NCBI GenBank assembly: GCA_964016885.1
Contig: OZ024742.1
Coordinates: 12,834,001 to 12,898,000, forward strand
From: Eledone cirrhosa
Taxonomy: Eukaryota
DNA length: 64,000 bases
Direction of reading: 5' to 3'
Every line of letters begins with the position of its first letter. Position 1 is the first letter of the stretch. The notes below the pieces were generated by a model that was not told the origin of the DNA, made no database searches, and worked only from the letters and a program-made list of their open reading frames with translations. Positions 1 to 10,500 of the stretch are shown here, in pieces. The position numbers and the translations under genes were made by a program.

Positions 1-581
1 TCATCAACAAGAAAACAGCCGTACGTACAAAATTACACAACAATGGAACCTCTACATTGTCACGTAACCTGTTAGAAATAGCAACAACTTACCTCTTAAT
101 AAAGAACAAGGTATTTTATGAGGTACTCGTTTCACTGAACAGGAGTAAATGATGAGATGGTCACGTCTGGAATGCCTTTTATCATAGGTCTCATCAATCA
201 AGACTGTTCCGGCACTAAACACCAACAGGAATCCTATCAATCGTTACTTGATCTGCTATAAATTACAAACAAATGACTCTAAAAAATAAGTTCATTGTTT
301 AAAGTTTAGTAAAATGTATTTCAGTCTTCTTGAGTCATTCCTCTTTCGAAGGTGAAGAATTCAGTTTGCTTTTTCTAATGGCTAGAATATATGCAGCTCG
401 CCACACCTGCATACTTGCAGACATCTCTGCTAACTGGAACAGTTGTGTCAACTTATTGTCGAATTAATAGTTGATTATTTGTGAAGCCACTGGTATTCAT
501 GACACCGAGGTCATCTAATTAAACTGATGATCATCGCATGAGCTACTATGAGACAAACAGGATTGTTATCGAGGATTACTC

Positions 582-1928
582 CTCTAGATCTGGCCTGTTC
601 TGCTAGACTATCTTATGATAGCCATATCAGAGACTCTAGATCTGACCTGTTCTGCTAGACTATCTTATGACAGCCATATCAGAGACTCTAGATCTGGCCT
701 GTTCTGCTAGACTATCTTATGACAGCCATATCAGAGACTCTAGATCTGACCTGTTCTGCTAGACTATCTTATGACAGCCATATCAGAGACTCTAGATCTG
801 GCCTGTTCTGCTAGACTATCTTATGACAGCCATATCAGAGACTCTAGATCTGGCCTGTTCTGCTAGACTATCTTATGACAGCCATATCAGAGACTCTAGA
901 TCTGACCTGTTCTGCTAGACTATCTTATGACAGCCATATCAGAGACTCTAGATCTGGCCTGTTCTGCTAGACTATCTTATGACAGCCATATCAGAGACTC
1001 TAGATCTGACCTGTTCTGCTAGACTATCTTATGACAGCCATATCAGAGACTCTAGATCTGACCTGTTCTGCTAGACTATCTTATGACAGCCATATCAGAG
1101 ACTCTAGATCTGACCTGTTCTGCTAGACTATCTTATGACAGCCATATCAGAGACTCTAGATCTGACCTGTTCTGCTAGACTATCTTATGACAGCCATATC
1201 AGAGACTCTAGATCTGGCCTGTTCTGCTAGACTATCTTATGACAGCCATATCAGAGACTCTAGATCTGACCTGTTCTGCTAGACTATCTTATGACAGCCA
1301 TATCAGAGACTCTAGATCTGGCCTGTTCTGCTAGACTATCTTATGACAGCCATATCAGAGACTCTAGATCTGACCTGTTCTGCTAGACTATCTTATGATA
1401 GCCATATCAGAGACTCTAGATCTGACCTGTTCTGCTAGACTATCTTATGATAGCCATATCAGAGACTCTAGATCTGACCTGTTCTATTAGACTATCCTAT
1501 GACAGCCATATCAGAGACTCTAGATCTGGCTTGTTCTGCTAGACTATCCTATGATAGCCATATCAGAGACTCTAGATCTGACCTGTTCTATTAGACTATC
1601 CTATGACAGCCATATCAGAGACTTTAGATCAGACCTGTTCTGCTAGACTATCCTATGATAGCCATATCAGAGACTTTAGATCTGACCTGTTCTGCTAGAC
1701 TATCCTATGGCAGCCATATCAGGGACTCTAGATGAGATCTGATTTGCTAGACTATCCTATGACAGCCGTACCAGAGACTCTATATATGACCTGTTCTGTT
1801 AGACTATGACAGCCATATCAGGGACTCTAGATGAGACCTGCTCTGCTAGACTATCTTATGATAGTCTTATCAAAGACTCTAGATATGACCTGTTCTGTTA
1901 GACTATCTTATGATAGTCATATCAGAGG
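582..1928. repeat. 52-bp minisatellite, ~26 copies (CTCTAGATCTG[G/A]CCTGTTCTGCTAGACTATCTTATGACAGCCATATCAGAGA)
   Basis: Units start at 582, 634, 686... (period 52). Near-identical until ~1480, increasingly diverged toward 1928. Confidence 0.97.
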
Positions 1929-2226
1929 CACCTCATGTAGGATGTGGCTTTTCACCACACAGGTCTCTCTTATTTCAGTCTTGAACGAGAATTATTTGGC
2001 ATTGCAATGAGAGTAAGAGAAAGTGTTAAATATTGAAATTATGGAGATATGTGTGTGGTACAAGGAACTGTGGTCGGATTACAACTGATATTTCCTTTCC
2101 AGCCAACGGGAAATTAATACATGACAAGATAGGTTGTTTCTGAGATATCTCTAAAATAATTATTAGATTGTACTTTTCTATTAAAATTACAGTCCAGTGA
2201 GTAATAACCCTTTCTGATTTAGACAC

Positions 2227-2426
2227 AAAGTTCATAGTCTGGAAAGATTATAGGCTGACCAAGATACTCTCATAGAATGACCCAATGAGGTTTATTTTTT
2301 AACATAATCCCCGGAAAGAAACGATGCCGTTATTAAGAAGAAGAGTTGAAATTAATACATGCAAGATTTCACAGCTCTAGCATCACTGCTTCATATCAGC
2401 CTATGAACTTTTCAGCTTACTCTTGT
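2227..2426 (-). mobile_element. Mariner-like MITE, single internal unit (same family as 3831-4334, inverted)
   Basis: Reverse complement of the internal unit at 3854-4000. Ends in AGCCTATGAACTTTTCAGC, matching the TIR; the left TIR is degenerate. Confidence 0.8.
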
Positions 2427-2508
2427 TCGGCGCGTCTTTGGCATTTAAACATGGTGGGGCCCGATTCTCTCTAGGTTTGAACACAGAGGATTTCTCCCAG
2501 AGAAAGAG

Positions 2509-2590
2509 AGAAAGAGAGAAAGAGAGAGTGATAGAGAGAGAGGGGGAGGGGATGAGAATGAGAGAGAGAGAACGAGAAAATGAGAAAAAG
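2509..2590. repeat. Degenerate (AG)n microsatellite
   Basis: Purine-rich AGAG runs; explains the overlapping low-complexity ORFs. Confidence 0.9.
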
Positions 2591-2624
2591 AAATACAGAA
2601 CAAGAATCGACCAGGTGACCTGTA

Positions 2625-2758
2625 CCATATCTAACGACCTCGAAAGGATGAAAGTCAAAGTTGACCTCCACGAGTTTTCAACTCAGACCATAGAAGGCCG
2701 GAACGAGTTGCACAAAGTATTCTATCAGACTTTCAAACTATTCTGCCAATATGCCACT
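2625..2758 (-). mobile_element. tRNA-derived SINE, family A, diverged
   Basis: CGACCTCGAAAGGATGAAAGTCAAAGTTGACCTC...AACTCAGACC is the reverse complement of the SINE body at 48969 and 60886. Confidence 0.8.
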
Positions 2759-2974
2759 TCAAAAACATATTACTGAGTGAAATGTTAGATGGGAGACGTT
2801 AAGGTAACTGCTAAGTAAGTTACAAAGACCACACCATCGCCAATCTTCAGCTTTGCAATCAGAACTGACAGATGGTTTTCTCCAACTTGATGCTAGCAGC
2901 AAAGAAGAAAATAGGAAATTAAAGGTGGAAAGGGTCTTCCTACCACTTGAAGGGAAAATACATAGTGGAGAAAA

Positions 2975-3400
2975 CTTTCTCTTTTCATTATTCTTTCAAA
3001 CACTCTTTCTTTCAAATATCCCTTCATTTTTTCTCTCCATTTTTCATATTATCTTTCCGTCTTATACAATTCTTTTCATCTTATACTTTTCTTTATTCTG
3101 TCATGTACGATTCGTTTTTTTCTTCTTTTCTTTTCTCTCTTCCTTTTTTTTATAACTATTTCTTATTATTTGTTTTCACATTTCATTCCATCATTCCACC
3201 GTCTCCCAGTTCATTGCTTCGTTTACAAACCATTCCTTATATTTTCACTGTTGCGGTCATATTTCATTATCTCATTTTTACTTAGTCTTTCTTTTATTTC
3301 TTTCTCCATTAATGTGCTTTTGTATTCTTATTATTTATCATTTTTTTTTTCTCTATTTTTTTCTCTATTTTTTTCTCTCCTCTATCCCATTTTTTCTATA
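2975..3400. repeat. Pyrimidine (T/C)-rich low-complexity tract
   Basis: Long degenerate TTTC/TTTTTTTCTC runs, with a short 15-bp tandem near 3340-3380. Confidence 0.8.
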
Positions 3401-3830
3401 AACGTCAATAATATTCACCAGTCTAAGATTAATGATGCTAATTGAAAACAAAATGATAATAAAAGACATAAAACCTCTGTCTAACAGTGACCATGTAAAA
3501 ACAAATCTCCTGCTAGCAACCAGCGGGAAGAGAACAATATTTTGCCACCAAGCTGCTCCACAAATGAATTTTGTTTGGATCACTTGGTGCACTTTTCTAA
3601 ATCATTTTCATACTTTGATGTCAAATTAACATTTATTGCTTGGATATTTTGTCAGTTAATACAACTTCTTTGCTGTATATAATAACTGCCATTCCATGAA
3701 GTCGATGAACAATTTAGAATATGCAAGTATAGCCGTGAGGTTAAGACTTTCCTTTCGCAAATAAATAGTTCCGAGTACGATCAAAATATGTGTACTGTCA
3801 GCTTATACTAGATTAAACTGCATAAATGAT

Positions 3831-4334
3831 TACGAGGGTCGGTTGAAAATTCATAGGCTGTCTATGAAGGAGTGATGCTAAAGCTGTGAAATCTTGTATG
3901 CATTAATTTCAACTCTTCTTATTAATAACTGCATTGTTTCTTTCCAGGAACTATGTTGAAAAATAAGCCTCATTTGGTCATTCTATGAGAATATCTTGGT
4001 AATAGGTTGACTATGAAGAAGTGATGCTAGAGCAGTAAAATCTTGCATGAGTTAATTTCAACTCTTCTTATTAATAGCTGCACTGTTTCTTTCCAGGAAC
4101 TATGTTGAAAAATAAACTTCATTTGGTATTTGGTCATTCCATGAGAGTATTATGGTAATAGGCTGACTATGAAGGAGTGATGCTAGTGCTGTAAAATCTT
4201 GCATGCATTAATTTCAACTCTTCTTATTGATAACTGCATTGTTTCTTTCCATCGACTGTTGAAAAATAAACCTCATTTGGTCATTCCATAAGAGTATCTT
4301 GGTAAGCCTATGAACTTTTCGGCCCACCCCCGTG
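3831..4334 (+). mobile_element. Mariner-like MITE with three tandem ~150-bp internal units
   Basis: Left end TACGAGGGTCGGTTGAAAATTCATAGGCT; right end AGCCTATGAACTTTTCGGCCCACCCCCGTG (imperfect TIRs, TA start). Internal units begin at ~3854, 4003 and 4159. Confidence 0.85.
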
Positions 4335-4743
4335 TGTCACCAAAGTAGCTAGATAGAAGTACAGTTGAAACAAAGTACATTATCAATGGAATTATACTGA
4401 ATAGTGCCATTAAAGATTTAGAGAGAGTGAGTATAAGAACATTTCCCCAAGTTACAGCGAAGCAAACCTTTCGCCATTCAACGTCATAACCACATATGTA
4501 TGTTTAAGGACGTTGTAGTATCAACTTTTTGACATTTCACAAACATAGCTATTAAGAATTTTTCTGTACCTTCCTTTAGAACAGAATAACTAACTCTTAA
4601 CATCCTGTACCACATTACACTACATTAGCTAGGCATTCTTGAAAACTATCAAGCTACACTATCACTGCAAAACCTTAAGTATTAAAGCCGTTACTTAAAT
4701 ACTGCAAATATTCACAAAATCATTTTAATTAACAAATATATTT

Positions 4744-4830
<87 letters not shown>
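4744..4830. repeat. (TA)n microsatellite
   Basis: Direct reading; a second (TA)n lies at ~5082-5121. Confidence 0.97.
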
Positions 4831-4834
<4 letters not shown>

Positions 4835-5077
4835 AGTGAACAACACAAAATATAACTACTCCATTACCAAAGGTTTATGGATCCCAGACAATATTAATAT
4901 ATGTCTGGATCGGTCATCAGACAGGAATGTCATGGATAAAAAATATGGATAAAAAATATTTCATAATTTTTATCCATGACATCTCTGCCTGATGACCGAT
5001 CCAGACATATATTAATATTGTCTGGGATCCATAAACCTTTGGTAATGGAGTAGTTATATGTTGTGTTGTTCACTTTC

Positions 5078-5078
<1 letters not shown>
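4831..5078. mobile_element. ~250-bp fold-back palindrome between (TA)n tracts; probable truncated/inverted Penelope-type pLTR with a degenerate hammerhead motif
   Basis: AGAAAGTGAACAACAC...CATGGATAAAAAAT is mirrored by ATTTTTTATCCATG...GTGTTGTTCACTTTCT. The right arm has CTGATGA, a hairpin, then TAAACC-TTT-GGTA. Confidence 0.75.
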
Positions 5079-5121
<43 letters not shown>

Positions 5122-5124
<3 letters not shown>

Positions 5125-5156
5125 GTTTCTGAATTTGTTTAGCAAGATTCTTTATC
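5122..5156 (-). mobile_element. 35-nt exact copy of the Penelope element 3' terminus
   Basis: TTCGTTTCTGAATTTGTTTAGCAAGATTCTTTATC is the reverse complement of 60642-60676 (35/35). Confidence 0.85.
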
Positions 5157-5264
5157 AAGATTCTTTATTCCATTCATGAATGGAATAGCAACTTTCTAAT
5201 TAAATAGCTCTGTTCTATACACAGAGCACTCTTTTTTCCTTTGCTTTTCCTTCGGAATTACCTA

Positions 5265-5443
<179 letters not shown>

Positions 5444-5543
5444 TTAAGATTAGTGCTCTGAAATCTTTTGCTGGACCGGCAATCGCTCTGTATAATCAGC
5501 TCCTGATTATTACTGGAATTCTATAAGAATTCAGGTTCTATAA

Positions 5544-5634
5544 TTTTCGGCAAAAGCAGGGGAGTACGTGGCTCTGATGAACGCCAACCAGCATGAAACA
5601 GACTGTCAGCTTCTCTCTCATCTTTCGCCGAAAA
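5544..5634 (+). ncRNA. Type I hammerhead ribozyme motif
   Basis: GGCT, CTGATGA (5574-80), stem II ACGC-CAACCA-GCAT (one mismatch), GAAA (5595-98), stem III ACAG-A-CTGT, GTC cleavage triplet (5605-07), AGCT. Outer helix TTTTCGGC/GCCGAAAA. Confidence 0.8.
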
Positions 5635-5944
5635 GAAGTAAGTGACATAGTTACTGCCTTAAAACTGATAGCGTATGGTCTTCTACTCTTCTAAATGTTT
5701 GTAATTAAACATATGGTATATTGGCAAATATACTATACATACATTCATATATATATATATATATATAGTATTGAAGTAAACGAGGTATCGTTTAAGGTAA
5801 TCCAAGTAGAAGTTATGAGTAATCTGTACAGTGGATGATTCTAACCTGCAGTGTTGTTTGACCCAACAACATGTTTACTTGGTTGTGGTGTTAAGATGGC
5901 CGATTTCGGACAGTTCCTAGGTAAGCAGTTCCTGGAGTATTAAT

Positions 5945-6032
5945 AATGAAGAATAACACGGATAAGTTATACAGTAGGGTTTATTCCAAGCGTTAAGCCT
6001 TACTGTATAGCCTGTCTCTGTTATTCTTCATT
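5945..6032 (+). other. ~39-bp-arm hairpin rich in G-U pairs, abutting (TA)n
   Basis: AATGAAGAATAACACGGATAAGTTATACAGTAGGGTTTA pairs with TAAGCCTTACTGTATAGCCTGTCTCTGTTATTCTTCATT. Confidence 0.65.
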
Positions 6033-6049
6033 CTTTCATTATATATATA

Positions 6050-6080
<31 letters not shown>

Positions 6081-6617
6081 CTTATATATATATATATACT
6101 TATATATATATGAGTGTATGTGTGTACATACATACACACATCAATTCATCAATAATCTGAAATCCCATCAGACAATTAATACATTTATAACTATGGAGTT
6201 GCCACAAACACGAATATATTCAGAGTCTGTTACTAAATCGTTGGGAAATCTTGCTTCAATGAACTGTTGCTTTTTCCGATGTTGTATTTTTTTTGCTTCG
6301 TTTTTGTAGTTGTTTTTCTTTGATTTTCGTATTACGATCGAGAATCCTTCGTCTACAGAGACTTGAGATCAATGAAAATTTCTAATGCCTATTATGTTGT
6401 CTATTATTGTAATATGATGATGATAATAAATATCTTAATATATCTGAATTATGTCCTCATTTATTTCACAACGAAAAAGTTCAGAAAAGAATATTATGTT
6501 TTATCAAGCGGAATAAAACAACAATTTTCTTTTTTATCTTGGTAATAACTGTTTTTTAGATATCGTTGGAAAGTATACTGAAAGTACAAAGTACAAACAT
6601 CTCTCTATTTTCTTTGT

Positions 6618-6643
6618 TTATATATATGTGTGAGAGAGAGAGA

Positions 6644-6674
<31 letters not shown>

Positions 6675-6790
6675 TGAGGGGGGGGGGGTATGTGTGTGTG
6701 TGAGAGAGAGAGAGAATGTATATATATATATATATATAGATATATATACATACATATATACATACATATATATATTCATATTTTTCTTTT
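6618..6790. repeat. Compound TA/TG/AG/G-run microsatellite
   Basis: The block (TA)n(TG)n(AG)n AAT (TA)n occurs twice, separated by a G11 run. Confidence 0.85.
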
Positions 6791-7089
6791 TAACATACAT
6801 TTTATTAGTTTGCTCACCTTAGGCTGGATAGTATTTAAATGCGCATAAAATGACGCGCTTAAATGCTTCTGTGAATTAAATAAACAGAATGGAACTGTTA
6901 AAGTCTTGTAGAACATGACTGTGTGATTTTTTTACTTGTGAGTTGAGAAAATGCGAGAGATATTGTGTGTGTCTGTGTGTGAGACAGCTCACACCTACAA
7001 AGGATTTAGCTGGCCTCCTCCAAGGTATATCTCGTATCTCGTTGGGGTTGTCTTGGGTGATTTAATGATAGGGACCCCAGTCCTATCAT

Positions 7090-7234
7090 TTCATTTTGAC
7101 AGCTGAGTAAACTGGAGCAACGTGAAATAAAGTGTCTTGCTCAAGGAAACAACACATCACCCGGTCCGAGAATTGAATTCACAACCTTACGATTGCAAGC
7201 CCAATGCTCTAACCACTAAGCCATACGCCTTCAC
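7090..7234 (-). mobile_element. tRNA-derived SINE, family B (CORE/V-like body)
   Basis: Minus strand reads TGGCTTAGTGGTTAGAGC (A box), GAATTCAATTCTC (degenerate B box), then CCTTGAGCAAGACACTTTATTTCACGTTGCTCCAG. Confidence 0.8.
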
Positions 7235-7543
7235 ATGAGATATTGGAACTAGACATGTCTCTGGTTCTGTTTCATTTATTTTTTCTGTTTTATATTTTTT
7301 TTATTTTTGGTGCGTGTGTGCGGAAGTGGGTTCTGAAATGATTCAGTGTGGTCGGAAACATTCATTATAACACATCAAACACACTAATCCTCATTCTCAG
7401 AGAATATATTGCAGTACCCACGATATCTTGTGATGTTTTTATGATTACGGTAGGAAGGGAGAAAGATATTCTAGGATCGGAGATATGGCACGTATACTAC
7501 AGAGGGTCATTTCGTTAAAGACTTCCACAAACTAAACGTTTGT

Positions 7544-10500
7544 AATATGTCTGCCAACTTAACTATGTTTAATAAATTAATAGTATGTCTGACAGCTTAA
7601 CTATCATTACTAAATTAAAAATATGTCTGCCACCTTAACTATGTTTACTAAATTAATAATATTTCTGTCACCTTAACTATGTTTTCTAAATTAATAATAT
7701 GTCTGCCACCTTAACTATGTTTACTAAATTAATAATATGTCTGCCACCTTAACTATGTTTACTAAATTAATAGTATGTCTGCCACCTTAACGATGTTTAC
7801 TAAATTAATAGTATGTCTGTCACATTAACTGTGTTTACTAAATTAATAATATGTCTGCCACCTTAACTATGTGTGCTAAATTAATAATATGTCTGCCACC
7901 TTAACTATGTTTACTAAATTAAAAATAAGTCTTCAACCTTAATTACGTTTTCTAAATTAATAATATGTCGGTCAACTTAACTATGTTTAATAAATTAATA
8001 GTATGTCTGTCACATTAACTATGATTTCTAAATTAATATGTCTGTCACCTTAACTATGTTTTCTAAATTAATGAGATGTCAATCACCTTAAATATGTTTA
8101 CTAAATTAAAAATATGTCTGCACCTTAACTATGTTTACTAAATTAATAATATGTCTGTCACCTTAACTATGTTTTCTAAATGAAATAATATGTCTGCCAC
8201 CTTAACTATGTTTACTAAATTAATAGTATGTCTGCCACCTTAACTATGTTTTCTAAATTAATAATATGTCTGTCACCTTAATAATGTTTTCTAAATTAAT
8301 AATATGTCTGCCACCTTAACTATGTTTCCGAAATTAAGAGTATGTCTGCCACCTTAACTATGTTTACTAAGTTAATAGTATTTCTGTCACCTTAACTATG
8401 TTTACTAAATTAAAAATATGACTTCCATTTTAACTATGTTTTCTAAATTAATAATATGTCGGTCACCTTAGCTATGTTAAATAAATTAATAGTATGTCTG
8501 GCACCTTAAATATGTTTACTAAATTAATAATATGTCTGCCACCTTAACTATGTTTTCTAAATTAATAATATGTCTGCCACCTTAACTATGTTTACTAAAT
8601 TAATAATATGTCGGTCAATTTAACTATGTTTACTAAATTAATAGTATGACTTCCATTTTAACTATGTTTTCTAAATTAATAATATGTCGGTCATCTTAAC
8701 TATGTTTAATAAATTAATAGTATGTCTGTCACCTTAAATATGTTTACTAAATTAATAATATGTATGTCACCTTAACTATGTTTACTAAATTAATAATATG
8801 TCTGTCACCTTAATAATGTTTTCTAAATTAATAATATGTCTGCCATCTTAACTATGTTTACTAAATTAATAATATGTCTGTCACCTTAACTATATTTACT
8901 AAATTAATAACATGTCTGTCACCTTATCTATGTTTTCTAATTTAATAATATGTCTGCCATTTTAACTATGTTTACTAAATTAATAATATGTCTGTCACAT
9001 TAACTATGTTTACTAAATAATTAGTATGTCTGTCACCGTAACTATGTTTACTAAATTAATAATATGTCTGTTACCTTAATAATGTTTTCTAAATTAATAA
9101 TATGTCTGCCACCTTAGCTATGTTTTCTAAATTAATAATATGTCGGTCAACTTAACTTTGTTTAATAAATTAATAGTATGTCTGTCAACTTAACTATGTT
9201 TACTAAATTAATAATATGTCTGTCACCTTAACTATGTTTACTAAATTAATAATATGTCTGTCACCTTAACTATGTTTTCTAAATAAATAATATGTCTGCC
9301 ATCTTAACTATGTTTACTAAATTAATAATATGTCTGTCACCTTAACTATATTTACTAAATTAATAATATGTCAGTCACCTTAACTATGTTTTCTAAATTA
9401 ATAATATGTCTGCCATTTTAACTATGTTTACTAAATTAATAATATGTCTGTCACCTTAACTATGTTTACTAAATAATTAGTATGTCTGTCACCGTAACTA
9501 TGTTTACTAAATCAATAATATGTCTGTCACCTTAACTATGTTTTCTAAAGTAATAATATGTCGGTCAACTTAAATATGTTTAATAAATTAATAATATGCC
9601 TGTCACCTTAACTATGTTTTCTAAATTAATAATATGCCTGTCACCTTAACTATGTTTACTAAATTAATAATATGTCTGTCAGCTTAACTATGTTTACTAA
9701 ATTAATAATATGTCTGTCACCTTAACTATGTTTTCTAAATTAATAATATGTCTGCTACCTTAAAGATGTTTACTAAATTAATAGTATGTCTGCCACCTTA
9801 ACTATGTTTACTAAATTAATAGTATTCTGTCAGCTTAACTATGTTTACTAAATTAAAAATATGTCTTCCACTTTAACTGTGTTTTCTAAATTAATAATAT
9901 GTCGGTCAACTTAACTATGTTTAATAAATTAATAGTTTGTCTGTCACCTTAACTATGTTTACTAAATTAATAATATGTCTGCCAACTTAACTGTTTTCTA
10001 AATTAATAATATGTCTACCACCTTAACTATGTTTTCTAAATTAATAATATGTCGGTCAACTTAACTATGTTTAATAAATTAATAGTATGTCTGTCACCTT
10101 AACTAAGTTTACTAAATTAATAATATGTCTGTGACCTTAACTATGTTTACTAAATTAATAATATGTCTGTCACCTTAATAATGTTTTCTAAATTAATGAT
10201 AGGTCTGCCATCTTCACTATGTTTACTAAATTAATAATATGTCGTTTAACTTAACTATGTTTAATAAATTAATAATATCTCTGTCACCTTAACTATGTTT
10301 ACTAAATTAAAAATATGTCTGCCACCTAACTATGTTTACTAAATTAATAATATGTCTGTCACCTTAACTATGTTTTCTAAATTAATAATATGTCTGCCAC
10401 CTTAAATATGTTTACTAAATTAATACTATGTCTGCCACCTTAACTATGTTTTCTAATTTAATAATATGTCTGTCACCTTAATAATGTTTTCTAAATTAAT

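Noticed and set aside
1-257. Possible minus-strand exons (acceptors near 70 and 253, GTAAGT donor near 92)
   Set aside because: The implied intron is only 24 nt, the upstream exon has stops in all frames, and no protein is recognisable. A real exon at the window edge cannot be excluded.
524-560. CTGATGA followed by a small hairpin (hammerhead candidate)
   Set aside because: No GAAA or stem III follows.
2401-3629. Cluster of short ORFs
   Set aside because: Derived from AG and TC low-complexity tracts and SINE sequence.
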